In this document: in pieces, positions 23,503 through 36,895 of the stretch | Layout: each line of letters begins with the position of its first letter | How positions within the stretch are numbered: position 1 is the stretch's first letter | Source: Felis catus | Taxonomy: Eukaryota | NCBI RefSeq assembly: GCF_018350175.1 | Contig: NC_058373.1 | Span: 116,066,001-116,130,000 of the forward strand | DNA: 64,000 bases | Direction of reading: 5' to 3' | Made by a program: the position numbers and the translations under genes | Notes under the pieces: model-generated | Told to the model about the DNA's origin: nothing | The model's input: the letters and a program-made list of their open reading frames with translations, nothing else | Database searches by the model: none

Positions 23503-23940
23503 GTGTGGCAAGTAGCTGATTGTCCCCCAAATCCACTCTCCTCTTCTTCCATCATAAGAGTTTTAGCTGGACACACAGTTACCCAGCTAGAGCCTACATC
23601 TGTCTCCCTCTTTTGGAGCCGGGTGTGCGCATATAACAAAAGAGCAGGAGATGTACACAACTTCTGGGTTGTCTCCAAATTAAAGACAACCTACTTGTCA
23701 TGGATAAGCTCTCTTTCTCTGTTTCTGCAAAATACAACGTGGAAGCAACAGTCACTTAGATGTAACCATTTAGATAAGAACAATGCAGTGAGGGACCCGG
23801 AAAGAACCTGGGTTTCTGAAGGATCTCACGGGGCACAGCTACCCCACAGCCTGGACTGGCTGGACTACTCTTTGAGTACTACTTTATTTAAGCCACTGCA
23901 TCTATAGGTCTCTTTGTAATAGTAGCTTAGCCTAATTAAT
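23503..23940. mobile_element. Old MaLR (MLT1-type) solo LTR
   Basis: tgtggcaag...ctttatttaagccactg...ggtctctttgtaatagtagc, an MLT1-like terminus. Confidence 0.55.
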
Positions 23941-24475
23941 GTATTAGCTATTCTCATTTAGCCTATAGTCAAGTAATGAAAGCGTTAGATTGAAGCCTAT
24001 GAAATTGCTGTTTTTGTAGGTCAAAAACATTGGAATATCACTACACAGTTCACACTGATGAAATCTGGCCAGATACTTTAAGGGAAGAAAACTCTTTTCT
24101 GCATGATAGTCACTTCACCCTATAATTAATGCTTGCGGATATACGATGCAATATACAGAAGCTACAAAACATCACTAAAAGAAATTAGAAAAGGTCTACG
24201 TAAATAGGAATATATCTCATGTTCATGGATTGGAAGACTTAATGTTGTTAAGCTGGCAACAGTTCCCAAAGTGACCTACAGGTTTAACACAATTCCCATC
24301 AAAATCTCAGCTGCCTATTTTGGAGAAATTGTTAAAGTGCTCCTAAAATTCATTTGGAAACGCAAGGCACACAGAATGCCCAAAATAATCTTGAAGAACA
24401 GCAAAGCTGGAGGACTCACATGTCCTAATTTCAAAACTTAGTACAAAGCTACAGTAATTAAAACAGAATGGTACT

Positions 24476-24658
24476 GGGGTGCTTGGGTGGCTCAGTTGGT
24501 TAAGCATCCAACTTTGGCTCAGGTCATGAAATCATGGTTTGTAAGTTCAAGCCCTTCATTTGTCAATTTGTCAGGCTCTGTGCTGACAGCTCAGAGCCTG
24601 CCTTGGATTCTGTCTCCTCCCCTGCCTCCCTCTGCTCGTCCCTGCTTATGTTGAAAGA

Positions 24659-24714
<56 letters not shown>

Positions 24715-24733
24715 GAGAGAGAAAGGAAGAAAG
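24476..24733 (+). mobile_element. CAN-SINE with (GA)n-expanded tail, inside L1
   Basis: SINE head; degenerate TSD attaaaaca...gtactgg. Confidence 0.9.
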
Positions 24734-24896
24734 ACTGATTAAAACAAAAGAGTCGTACTGGCATTAAGGATACACACATAGACCAATGAAGTATAATTGA
24801 CAGTCTAGAAATAAACCCTTCCATCTGGGATAAATTACTTTTTGACAAGGGTGACAATTAGGAAAGAACAGCCTTTTCAACAAATGGGGCTAGATA

Positions 24897-25324
24897 CAGT
24901 AGTCCCCCCTTTATCCATGGGAGATATGTTCCAAGACCCCCAGTGGATGCCTGAAATTGCAGGTGGTACAGAACCCTATAGATGTTTATTCCTATACACA
25001 CATAAATATGATAAAGTTTAATTTATAAATTAAGCATAGTAAGAGATGAACAATAAAATGGAATAATTATAATATATTATAATAAAAGTTATACAAATAT
25101 GCTCTTTCTTTCAAAATCTTATCATTCTATACTCACCCTTGTGATGATGTGAGATGATAAAAAGCCTACGTGATGAGATGAAGTGAGATGAATGATGCAG
25201 GCATTGTGACCCAGCGTTAGGTAATACTGACCTTCTGATGATAGGTCTGACCTTCTAGACTATGGTTGACCATGGGTAAATGAAACCATAAAAAAGCGAA
25301 ACCACTGATAAGGAGGGACTACTG
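24897..25324 (-). mobile_element. Tigger-type (MER44/Tigger7-like) non-autonomous DNA transposon, inside L1
   Basis: Terminal inverted repeats cagtagtccccc-tttatc and gataaggagggactactg, flanked by TA at 24895-24896 and 25325-25326. Confidence 0.88.
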
Positions 25325-25610
25325 TAGTCACAGGCAAAAGAATGAAGTTAAACCCCTTACCTCACACCACATACAAAAATTAAGTCAAAATGGAACACAG
25401 ACCTAAATGTAAAAGCTAAGAGTTTTACAACTCTTAGAACATGGGTATAGATATTCATAAAACTTGGGGATGGTTTCTTAACTATGACACCAAAAGCCTA
25501 AGCATAAGCACTCAAAGCACAAGCAATCAAATAAAAAAATAGATAAATTGGACCTCATCAAAATTAAAAATGTTTCTGTTTCAAAGAATACCATCAAGAA
25601 AGTAAAAAGA

Positions 25611-25886
25611 GGGCAGCTGGGTCGCTCAGTCATTAAGCATCTGACTTCAATTCAGGTCATGATCCCATGGTTTGTCAGTTCGAATCCCACATTGGGTGAG
25701 CTCAAGTCCCGCTTCTGGTGAGCACGAGCCCCGCTTTGGGTGAGCGTTGCCTCTCTCTCTCCCTCCCTCTACTTCTGCCCCTCCTAGGATTCTCTCTCTC
25801 TCTTTGCCCCTCACTCAAAAAAAAAAAAAAAAAAAAAGAAAAAAAGAAAAAGAAAAAGAAAAAGAAAAGAAAAAAACAAGAAAAAA
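25611..25886 (+). mobile_element. CAN-SINE variant with internal ggtgagc repeats, inside L1
   Basis: SINE head, three ggtgagc units, long A/(GAAAAA)n tail. Confidence 0.88.
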
Positions 25887-26768
25887 GAAACCCATAGAAT
25901 GGGAGAAAATGTTTGCAAATCATGTACCTGATAAAGGACTTATATTAAAAATATATAAAGAACTCTTTCAACTTAAAAAAAAGACAGATAACCAACCCAG
26001 TTTCAAAACTAGTAAAGGATTTGAATAGGCATTTATCCAGAAAAGATATACAAATGGCCAATAAACACATGAAAAGATGCTCAACATCAGGAGTCATTAG
26101 AGAATAAAATTAAAATTACAATGAGATACCACTTCATATCTAACTGGATAGCAATAATTAAGAAGACATATAATAACAAGTATTGAGACAATGTAGAGAA
26201 ATTGGAACCCTCCTACATTGCTAATGGAAATGGAAAATGGTGCAGCTATGGTAAAAAAAAAAAAAAAAGTAGTTTGGTCGTTCCTCAAAAAATTAAACAC
26301 AGAATAACCATATAACTTAGCAAATCCACTTCCAGGTATATACTTAGGGGAACTGAAAATCTATGTTAATCTATGTTCACACAAAAGCTTGCACAAAAAT
26401 GTCCACAACAGTATTATTCACAACTGCCAAAAAGTGGAAACAACTCAAATGTTCATCAACTTATAAATGGATAAATAAATTTCCATAGGATGGAATATTA
26501 TTCAGGTATAAAGAGGAATGAAGTTCTGACTCATGCATGCTACATGGATGAACCTTGAAAACACGATAAATGAAAGCAGCCCGTCAAAAAGACCACATGT
26601 TGTATTGATTCCATATATAAGAAATGCCTGGAATAGGCAAATCCATAGAGACAGAAAGTAAATTAGTAGTTGCTGGGGACAGGGGGAGGCAGGATTGGGG
26701 AATGACTACCAACAGGTATTGGGTTTCTTTTTGGGATGAGCAAAATAATTCTGGAAACAGATAGCAGT

Positions 26769-26981
26769 CGTAGTGGTTTGAATGGTAGCCCTAAAAAGAT
26801 ACATCCATGTCCTAATATCCAAAACCCTTATGTGGAACAGAATCTCCCCCAAAGTCTCAGAGGGGGCATAGCCCTGTTCATACTGATTTCAGACTTCTGG
26901 CCTCCACACTGCAAAGGTCTATTGTTTAAAGCCACCAGGCCTGCGGTAGTTGGTTACAGCAGCCTTAGCAAGCTGGTAACA
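26769..26981. mobile_element. Internally deleted MLT1 LTR inside the L1 3' UTR
   Basis: gtagtggtttgaatggtagccctaaaaagatac...ttgtttaaagccacc...gttacagcagcc...aca. Confidence 0.75.
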
Positions 26982-27912
26982 ATGCCGATTGGTACAAAGT
27001 TGGTAAATTTACCGTAAACCATCGACTTCTACATTTTGAAGGGTGAACTTCGTAATACGTGTATATCTCAATAAAGCTTTTTTTTTTTTTTTTAATACAC
27101 ACATTCGTCATATACACACACAAGCTCACTTTACAACTCACCAGGAAGAAACAACTTCATAGACTGAAGTCCGATGATAACCTATGGCCCTTTCTTTTGG
27201 TGTACCAAGGTGATGCTACTTCTCACAGCCAGGAGGATGCACCCTCTGCACAAGCTCTTCCTCCCATCAGTGGGGATTAGATTTTTAGATCCATGTGCCT
27301 ATGACCTCTTAGGCTGACATTTACTAGGGGAACAGCTAGTCTAATCTGTGACTCTGCAGTTCTCAGTACATGCTTGAGACCCATCTTTTCCCATTTCTGT
27401 ATCAATGTTCAACAGATAGTGCCCTAAAAGGTTAACCATATAACTAGAAAGCATAATTTCCAACCCAGCAAAACAACAGAGATAGCACAAAGAATACTCA
27501 TCAGCTGAAGAGCTTAGAGTGAGAACAAGTCCAGCAATAACAGCCGCGGTTGCTAAGGAAGCCAGGGGGACCCCGTGGAAGGTCAGTCCCCAGGAATGCC
27601 TGGGTGCCCTCACCACCCTACAGTCAGAGATGGGAGTACACACTGCCCCTGGGATCTACTGGTCTTTCCTACGGAGCAATCACTAACACATAGAGGCGGT
27701 ACCTGCCACAGCACTAAAGGAATTTTGGATACATGAAGGCGTTAGAAACTGTCCCATGGCAACCTGGGAGTTACTACAGATTGCTGTGAAGGGGTCACTT
27801 AGACCTACTTGGGGTGTCTGGGAGTCTATGCATCCTCAGTTCTCCAAGTCCTGAAACACGTGTGCCGCCAAAACAGACCAGGGCGGCACTGCCCCTGACC
27901 TTTTGGACCTTA

Positions 27913-28257
<345 letters not shown>

Positions 28258-29011
28258 CTACGATGCATCCATTTTCGTGACAAGTCCTTTATGGGCATTA
28301 TCATTAACTCACAACAACCTTATGAGGTGGGTACCATTGCCATATCCTTTTTACAAGATGAGGAAACGGACATAAAAAATCAACTAATAAGCCAGGACTG
28401 ACACAGGCAGCCTGACTCAAAAGCCTTCCCTCTTAACCTTCACAGCACACAGCCCATTCACGCCCTATGGAGGGAGCCGTGATGTCACAGCTGACCCTTC
28501 TGAGGAGAGGCTCCTTGGGCTTCCTATCTGGCCAGGCACCCCTGGGCCATAACCGCTCTCAGACCACAAGGAATGGGGTGCATTTTGGAGGCGCAAGGAA
28601 TGGATTTTCAAGGTTCCAGGCAGTGCCTGCACAGTTCCCATGAACCTCTCCCAAGTTAAGTTTGTAAGAAAGCTGTCTCTCGGGCACAGAGATTTTCCTT
28701 TGATCCAGGAATTCCCTCCCCCACCCCCAGCCACTGAGAACTGCCTGACAAATTGAAGAAGTCAGAGGATACATGTATGTTCACAACTATGAATCTCTCT
28801 GTGTGTATGACCCAGGAGGAAAAAACTAGTTCACTGAATCAGTAATACTCTGGGCCTGTCTCCCAAGTTCTAACACCAAAGCACCAAAGTGTGGAGCCAT
28901 CTGGGCTCTCCTAGGACAGTAGCTGAGGCGGCTACCTCACATACATGACAGCTCCAGCTGTCTGCATCCCCTTGCAGGAGTCAATCTTCCTAAAAAGGGC
29001 AAACACGCTAA

Positions 29012-29210
29012 GGGGCACCTGGGTGGCTCAGGTGGGTAAGGGGCTCAGGTCACGATCTCACGGTTCGTGAGTTCAAGCTCCCCATCGGGCTCTGTGCTGA
29101 CAGCTGGGAGCCTGGAGCCTGGTTCCGATTCTGTGTGTCCCTCTCTCTGCCCCTCCCCCACTTGCAATTTCTCTCTCTCTCTCTCAAAAATAAATTAAAA
29201 AACAAAAAAA
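29012..29210 (+). mobile_element. CAN-SINE
   Basis: TSD gcaaacac(g/a)ctaag. Confidence 0.92.
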
Positions 29211-31254
29211 GAGCAAACACACTAAGTGACTGAAGTGCTGTATGCCAAGCCGAGAAGCTCTGAGCGGGCAGAGGGTATGTGTGAGCCAGGCCTCCATTTC
29301 CACAAGCAGGAAGGTTCTGAAGCCCTCATGAAAGCACAACCTCTCCCGGGCCGGACGCTGAACACCTGGGATTCAGAGCTTTATACTCAGGACTTCAGAG
29401 AAGGTAGGAAGAGTCTCTCCCCATCCCTGCTCTCCAAGTCCATGTGGGAAGGGGAGGGAAAGGAATCCACTGAAGACAGAGTAACAAAAAAGTTGACTCG
29501 GTTCCTCCAACCACTCTGTCTAGGTAAACAATGAAAAAAATCAGTTCTGAGCCCTACTGTGCTGGGTCACACCCTCCCAGGGTTGACTTTCCAGCGACCC
29601 TCGCTGAGGGCCTCTTCAGAAGGCTTTACCTTTACCTCTGAGAGGCAAACTCCTTCAATAAAGCGATGTGTGATGGTGGTACTCTGGGTACCATGGAGGG
29701 GTTTAGGGGTGCTTTTTAGGGCACAAGAGCCTTAGGCAGTTCCTTCAAGTCACACAGCTATACTTTTCTCATCCTGCCCCCAGCCTGCAAATGCCCACTG
29801 GATTGTTACCTATTGGAAGGATGGTTACCTATTGTTACCTACAGGAAGGACAAAGATCTTTCTGTCCTAAGTGCTTCTCAGAAAATCAGCAGTGAAGAGG
29901 GGATTACAAGCAGCTATAGAGCTGGAAGCACAAAAGGAAACAGTGCTGGCCCCTCCCTAGATCTAATGGACTAGGTCTCCTTCCTCCACACCCTCTCCCG
30001 GACTCCCCTGACACACCCCTCCCCACTCTGAGCTGAATGGATCCAAGTCTCTAAATGCTTGGACAGATTTTAAAAAAACCTTCTCCATCTCCTCGAATAA
30101 CAAACATCTTTCCAGATTCTTCTGTGCTACTCTCCCTTTCTCTGCCGGCAGATATAACAAATATGCCCTCAAATTGCTGGGCCAGTGACACTAAAGAAAC
30201 CCACCATTCCCCGATTAGAGGCAGCCACCAGCTGCTGACCCTCTCTCTCTAAGCCACCCTTAAACCAAAGATTCAGAGTGGGCCCATCCCCTTACGTAGC
30301 CAATGGGATTTAGTCTTATCGCCCAAACTCCAGGTGCTGGGACAGGGTGAGTGGGAGGAGGGTAACAGTTTAATGATGCATCTAGAACCAGCTGACCTTC
30401 CGCAGATCCTAGGCTGGAAGGGGGAACAAAGAAGTTTAGGTTCTGTTACAGGACATGGGTTTAGAGAGAATGAATGGTACAGCGAAGATGTTTAAATACA
30501 TTAGCCTGCCAGATGGCTGGAGAGGGATGGCAGAATGATGGAGATGGGGCAAGAATCCACCCAGGGAAGGTCTCCCTGAATACGAATGCCTTTAGACAGT
30601 GCGGGTCCAGCCTAGTTCCACCTAATCCCCACCACTCCCTGCTGACTTCTATCCGGCTGACCTCAGACACAGATCCCCATAGATTGGACCCGTGAAGGCA
30701 TCAGAGTTAGAAATCGCCGGCCATGGGGTCCTGACCTCAGCAAAGAAGAGACTGTCGTCAGAAGCCAGCTAGTGATCCTGGCTACATCTATGTCTGTCTA
30801 GTTCCAAAATATTTTTCATCACCTCCAAAAGGAAATCCATATTCATCAAGCAATCATTCCCCATTCTCCCCTCCACCCGACTCCTAGCAGCCACCAACCT
30901 GCTCTCTCTCTATGCATTTACCTATTGTGGATATGTTACATAAATGGAACCATGCAATATATGACACACTTAGCATAATGTCCTCAAAGTCCATCCATAT
31001 TATACCTTGTATCTGCACTGTATTCCTTTTCATGGTTGAATAATATTCCACGGTATAGACGCACCACCATTTGTTTATCTCTCCACAACAGACATTTCGG
31101 CTGTTTCAGCCTTTTGATTATTGTGATTTAGTGCTGCTATACACACATATGTACATAAATATATTCATTTGAGGACTTGTTTTCAGTGGAATAATGGCTA
31201 TAATGGTAATTCTATGTTTGCTGTTTCCCACGCCAGCTGTGCCATTTTATTTTT

Positions 31255-31458
31255 CTTAAATTTTTTATTTTTAATTTTGGGGAGAGAGAGCATGCATGAG
31301 CAGGGGAGAGTGGCAGAGGGATGAAGAAAGAGAATCTGGGGCGGGATCCATGCTCAGCGTGGGGCCTGGTGCGGGGCTCAATCCCATGACCCTGAGATCA
31401 TGACCTGGGCCTAAATCAAGAGTCAGACACTCAAACAACTGGGCCACCCAGGTGGCCC
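31255..31458 (-). mobile_element. CAN-SINE
   Basis: ...caactgggccacccaggtggccc. Confidence 0.88.
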
Positions 31459-31554
31459 TTTCCAAAAAAATGTTTTAGTTGTGCCATTTTACGCCCCCAC
31501 CAGCAGTGTATGAGGGTTCCAATGTCTCCACATCCTCAACGCACTTATTTTCCT

Positions 31555-31813
31555 TTAATTTTTTAATTTTTTATTTTTTATTATTTTTTTTATTTTTAAA
31601 TTTTTTTTTTAACGTTTATTTATTTTTGGGACAGAGAGAAACAGAGCATGAACGGGGGAGGGGCAGAGAGAGAGGGAGACACAGAATCCGAAGCAGGCTC
31701 CAGGCTCTGAGCCATCAGCCCAGAGCCCGACGCGGGGCTCGAACTCACGAACCGTGAGATCGTGACCCGAGCCGAAGTCGGACGCTCAACCGACTGAGCC
31801 ACCCAGGCGCCCC
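31555..31813 (-). mobile_element. Relatively young felid CAN-SINE with long tail
   Basis: CpG-intact body; TSD tcctttaatttttt. Confidence 0.95.
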
Positions 31814-31969
31814 CTCCTTTAATTTTTTTAGATGATAGCCATCCTAGTGGATGTAGAGTGGCAGCTCATTCTGGTTTTGACTTGCATTTCTCTAATGACT
31901 AATGATGCTGAGCATCTATTCACGTGCTTGTTTGCTGTCTGTATATCTTCTTTCAAGAAATGTCTTTTT

Positions 31970-32168
31970 GGGGCACCTGGGTGGCTCAGCTGGTTAAGTG
32001 TCCAACTCTTGATTTCAGCTCAGGCCATGATCTCATGGTTCGTGAGCTCGAGCCCCGTGTTGGGATGTGTGCTGACGGTGCAGAGCCTGCTTGGGATTTT
32101 CTCTCTCCCTCTCCCTCTGCCCCTCCCTGCTCATGTGCTCACTCTGTTTCACTCACTCTTATTTAAAA
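31970..32168 (+). mobile_element. CAN-SINE
   Basis: TSD aatgtctttttg. Confidence 0.9.
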
Positions 32169-34325
32169 TAAGTATATTTTTAAAAAGCAATGTCTTTTTG
32201 TTTTGAGTTATAAGACTTCTTTCTATATTCTGGATACTAAACCCTTACCAAATATATGATTTGCAAATATTCTTCCCCTTTCTGTAGGCTGTCTTTTTCC
32301 TTACTTGACAATGTCCATGGATGCACAAAAGCTTTTACTTTAGATGAAATCCACTTTATCTGCTTATTTTGTTGGTCATGCTTCTGGTGTAAGAAGAATT
32401 CCATGGCCAAATCGAAGTTTATAAAGATTTACTTGTATGTTTTAAGAGTTTTATAGGTTCAGCTCTTGTATTTAGGTTATTGATCCATTCTCAGTTCATT
32501 TTTGTATATCATATAAGGGTGTGCAACTTCATTAGTTGGCATGTGGATACCCAACTGTCCCGTTTGTTAAAGAAAATGGCTTTACTTTTAAAAACAGAAC
32601 AGAGTAGCTGTCTCCCAACACACTTTCCCCAGGGAGAAAAAGGTTTAATCACAGCAACTCACTTATCTGTACCGCTGCAGTTAGACCATTCTGAGTTTCT
32701 ACCACTGACAAACAGCCACAGAACTAACGAATGATTGTGCTTTACTTCTTAAAAAACTTAAGAATGGTTTATCAAAATCTAATGAAGTCCATCGAAGCGT
32801 GTTGTGTGGCCCTCACCTCTCATGACTAGGGCAGTGGAACAAATCCTGAAATCAACAAGTCCAGGCCTAAGTCAGTGGAGGTGCCGGCCAGGGTAAGGGG
32901 AACAGGGGGAAAAAACCAAAAACCTACTGGCTAACGAGATACAGAGGCTTGATGGAGAAGGGGGCGGGGTTCCCGTCTTTCAGACATGCGGGACAAGTAG
33001 AATAGAGGTGTCGCGGACTGAAGTTGAGAGGCACAGCCCTTTGAGGAAGCCAAGTACAGTTTGGGACACATCATGGGTATACGGTGACAGTAACAAGAGC
33101 CAGTGTGGACCAAACAAACTAACAAACCAACACCCAAAAAGCAGACAATTTAAATCCCAGGCTCGACACTCCACATAGGACCCTGCACAGATTTCATCAA
33201 CTCTGCATTTCTATTCTCGTTTCTGTAAAATGGGGATAAAGATTAAAGGTGATGTAGTAACGAATCACGTGGCAGAGGGTCTGACACATACACAGCCACT
33301 CAGGACACTATAGCTATTATGATTACTATCATGATTAAGCGTCTCATGCATAAGTGGAAGCCATGGGACTCGGCGTTAAAGGTACTGAGGACACTGGTGG
33401 GGAGCCTGGGAGTCAGATGATAGCCATGCAATAAATTTTCGCTGTATAAATAAATGGAATGGTTGCTAAATTAATAATGATAGCTACCCATTATTGATCA
33501 CTTGCTATGTAGAGGCATGATGCTCTTTACCTAACGTATGTGAAGAGCTTTACATAAATCACCTTAGTTAATTCTTAAATCAACCCTATGAGGTAGGTGC
33601 AAACATTCTCCCAATTCTACCCATACTAAAACAGATACAGCAAGGCTAAGTGAGGGATGGAGATGGGACCAAAGCCACATCTCTCTTCACGTGCTGTGCC
33701 ATCCAGAGGACAGTAAGGAATCCTATGTGTCTTTAAGGCTTATCTCAAGTTCTGCCTGATCCCTAAACTGTCACTGGTTAACTAGTCTTCACTGCTCTCC
33801 CTTTTCCTGAATTATTCCTTCGGCACCCAAAATCATTATCACAGTTGAACTTTATATACTTCTTTTAAATCTTTCCCAACTGCTGCATGTAGGTGTGTCT
33901 CATCATCCCTGGAATGTGATGGATAGGACTCCTCGAGGACAAAAACCCCATTCTCTTTCTTCTGGAATCCACACCATTCCGTCTCCAGGAACCAGAACAC
34001 AGCCAGACTCTGCAAGAACTGACCCTTCACTTATTTCACTGAAGAAGTATCTTGCACATCTTCTCAGGCAGTCCACTTCCCCACCCTATGGGCACCGGGG
34101 GTGACACCCTCCAGTGTCATCCGTCCTGAGGCACAAAGGGGAGCCGATAAGGACCAGGCAAGACAACGAGACTGAAGAAAGAGGAATGCTGCAGCCAGGG
34201 TTTACTGATGAATAACGCATCCACATCTGGCTGCTTCCAGGTCAGGTGGGGGTTTACAAGGAAAGAGAAGCTAGAGATTCTGCCCTTAAGGGCCTTCTAC
34301 GTACTGAATGGAAAGATACAAGACA

Positions 34326-34551
34326 GAGGCGCCTGGGTGGTTCCGTCGGTTAAGCGTCCAACTCTTGATTTCGGCTCAGGTCATGATCTCATGGTTTGTG
34401 GGATCAAGCCCCGCATCGAGCTCTGCACTGACAGCACAGAGCCTGCTTGGGATTCTCTCTCTCCCTCTCTCTGTGCTCCTCCTATGCTTTCTCACATGCA
34501 TGTGTGCGTACTCTCTAAAAATAAATAAACAAACAACAACAACAACAAAAA
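34326..34551 (+). mobile_element. CAN-SINE
   Basis: TSD gaaagatacaagaca. Confidence 0.93.
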
Positions 34552-34951
34552 GAAAGATACAAGACAAAATTGACTATCAGGTCAAGACAAAGGGAACATC
34601 AATGATAAGGGCCTACATTTTGCTACAAGGAGAAGCAGGAGAAGCAGTCTTCTGAACCTGAGTAACCCATGGACGTTATTCTTGATTATTTCTAGATCAG
34701 GATACCACTTATATACCATTAACTTAATAGTTTTCTTTACAGTGACTTTTTAAAAATTACTAAAAGGAATTTTATATTGTTATAAATGAAAAACACAAAT
34801 ATTCTCCTAATAGCAGTTAACCTGTACAAATAAAACAAACGAAAACAAAAATCACTGTTATTAAGTTTCAGTAGACCCTGTTACAGGTCAAACTCCTTTT
34901 TTAAGGCCTTCTATCTCCATTAGAAAGAAGTGATTAGAGGTGTTGGAGAGT

Positions 34952-35074
34952 GGGGTGCCCGGGTGGCTCAGTCATTTGGGTGTCCGACTCTTGATTTTGG
35001 CTCAGGTCATGAACCCAGAGTCATGGGATCAAGCCCTACACTGGGCTCCATGCTGTACATGGAGACTGCTTGGG

Positions 35075-35128
<54 letters not shown>

Positions 35129-35202
35129 CCCCCAACCCCATTCCTCCCCTGCTTGTGTGTACACTCTTTTTCTCTAAAATTAAAAACAAACAAACAAACA
35201 AA
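34952..35202 (+). mobile_element. CAN-SINE with expanded (CT)n
   Basis: TSD aggtgttggagag. Confidence 0.92.
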
Positions 35203-35869
35203 AGGTGTTGGAGAGGAATCAAGAAAGGTAACTAGTGCCAAAGTGAATCTTAATCCTCCATGAATATAAAGAGCTTGAGTGACTTTCTATGGAACTCAGT
35301 GGTATTTCAAACTGACCACCTAAAAGGCTAGCTCCGGTCAGGTTATCAGAGGGAGAAATGAGTCAGGCAGGGGAGGCCACAGAGGGCTCGGAGTCTGACC
35401 TAATATCCTTTAGCTGGAAGCCAGGCTCTCAAAACTTGGCACAACTGAGGAGACACTCCCATATGTCGTAATGGCAAATTTAGCTTTGGTGGATGATTTA
35501 TCATTTTGAGATTTCTTATTTATTATTCATCGCCATTAGCACAAGGGGCTCTGACTTGCTAAATGTTCACCTTGGCGCCAAGGCTCCGTCCCCAGGCCTT
35601 CATTCGCTACGAATGATTCAGCACCAGATTAAGCAGCTGGTCTAACTCTGTTCTGAGTGTTGTTGTGTTTTGCTTGGTCTAGTCTTTTTTTTTTTCTCAA
35701 TTTATTGTCAAATGTGTAGACACATAGGAGAGTGTACAGAACACGTATGTAGTTTAGAGAAAATGAGAGGACAACTCCTATATCCCCACCTAATCTCCTA
35801 GAAGCTCTGTGTGTCCCTCCTAGTCACATCCCTTTCCTAGCTTCTGTCATTCATTCTCTTACTTTTATT

Positions 35870-36359
35870 TTTTTTGATTATTTTTTTTAATTTTAAAGAA
35901 TTCTTTTACTTTTTTAAACTTTACTTTTTTTTTTTAAGTTTATTCATTTTTGAGAGAGAGAGAGACAAAGCACGAGCAGGGGAGGAGCAGAGAGAGGAGA
36001 CACAGAATCTGAAGCAGGCTCCAGGCTCTGAGCTGTCAACGCAGAGCCCGATGAGGGGCTTCAAGTCACCAGCCGTGAGATTATGACCTGAGCTGAAGTT
36101 GGACGTTTAACCAACTGAGCCATCCAGGGACCCCTAATTTTGAAAACACTGTTTGTTTATTTTTGAGAGAGAGAGAAAAAGAGCGTGAGCGGGGAGGGGA
36201 CAAAGAGAGAAGGGAGACACAGAACTGGAAGCGGGCTCCAGGCTCCGAGCTGTCAACACAGAGCTTGACGCGGGGCTCGAACTCACAAACTGCGAGATCA
36301 TGACCTGAGCCGAAATCAAGAGTTGGGCCGCTTAACTGACGGAGCCACCCAGGCGGCCC
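35870..36359 (-). mobile_element. Two tandem CAN-SINEs (about 35870-36134 and 36150-36359)
   Basis: Two successive poly-T/GA/body units, each ending in a ccagg...ccc head. Confidence 0.9.
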
Positions 36360-36453
36360 TCATTCCCCTACTTTTTGTAACGTTACCGCCTGTGTATATA
36401 TCCCTGCAGGAGATGTTTTGCAAAGGCGAGTGGCCGGCACAAGTGCAGCTGTG

Positions 36454-36895
36454 TGTAACTAGTTTCCCAGGGCTGCTGTAAAATGGTCACGACAAACTTG
36501 GTGGCTTAAAACAGTAGAAATTTTTTCTGAATTCTGGAGGCTAGAATTCAAGTCTCAAACCAAGGTGTCAGCAGGGCTATGCTCCCTCTGAAGACTCCAG
36601 GGAAGGAAGAGTGTTTCCCTGCCTCTTCTAGCTTCTGGTGACTGCTAGCAATTCTAGGTGCTCCACGGCTTTGGGCAGCGGTAACTCCAGTGTCTTCATC
36701 TGGCTGTGTGCCCTGTGCGTGTGTCTGTGTCTTCCCACGGCCTTCTTGTCTCTGTGTGTCTGTATCCGAGTTTCCCTCTTCTTACAAAGACACCAGTCGC
36801 TGGATTAGAGCCAGACTTCATCCGTGTGGCCTCATCTTAACTTGATCACATCCGCAAAGATGTGATCTTCCAAATAAGGTTACAGACACAGGTGT
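36454..36895. mobile_element. MLT1 (MaLR) LTR
   Basis: tagtttcccagggctgctgta...cttggtggcttaaaaca...ttctggaggctag...aaggtgtcagcagggc...caaataaggttaca. Confidence 0.85.

Larger units (their letters stand above)
24150..27077 (+). mobile_element. 5'-truncated old L1 (L1MB-like ORF2 3' part plus 3' UTR), interrupted by four insertions
   Basis: ORF2 hallmarks catgttcatggattggaagacttaat, ggaggactcaca, aaaagatgctcaacatca and IEWEKMFANH; 3' end tatatctcaataaagc. Confidence 0.9.
30790..32570 (-). mobile_element. Old L1 3' fragment interrupted by three SINEs
   Basis: Reverse-strand L1 motifs ttgcatttctctaatgactaatgatgctgagcatc, tttgcaaatattcttccc and atattccacggtatag. Confidence 0.88.

Noticed and set aside
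29800..29850. Short gttaccta repeats (similar ggcttatg repeats at 53222-53262)
   Set aside because: Ordinary small slippage duplications with no further structure.
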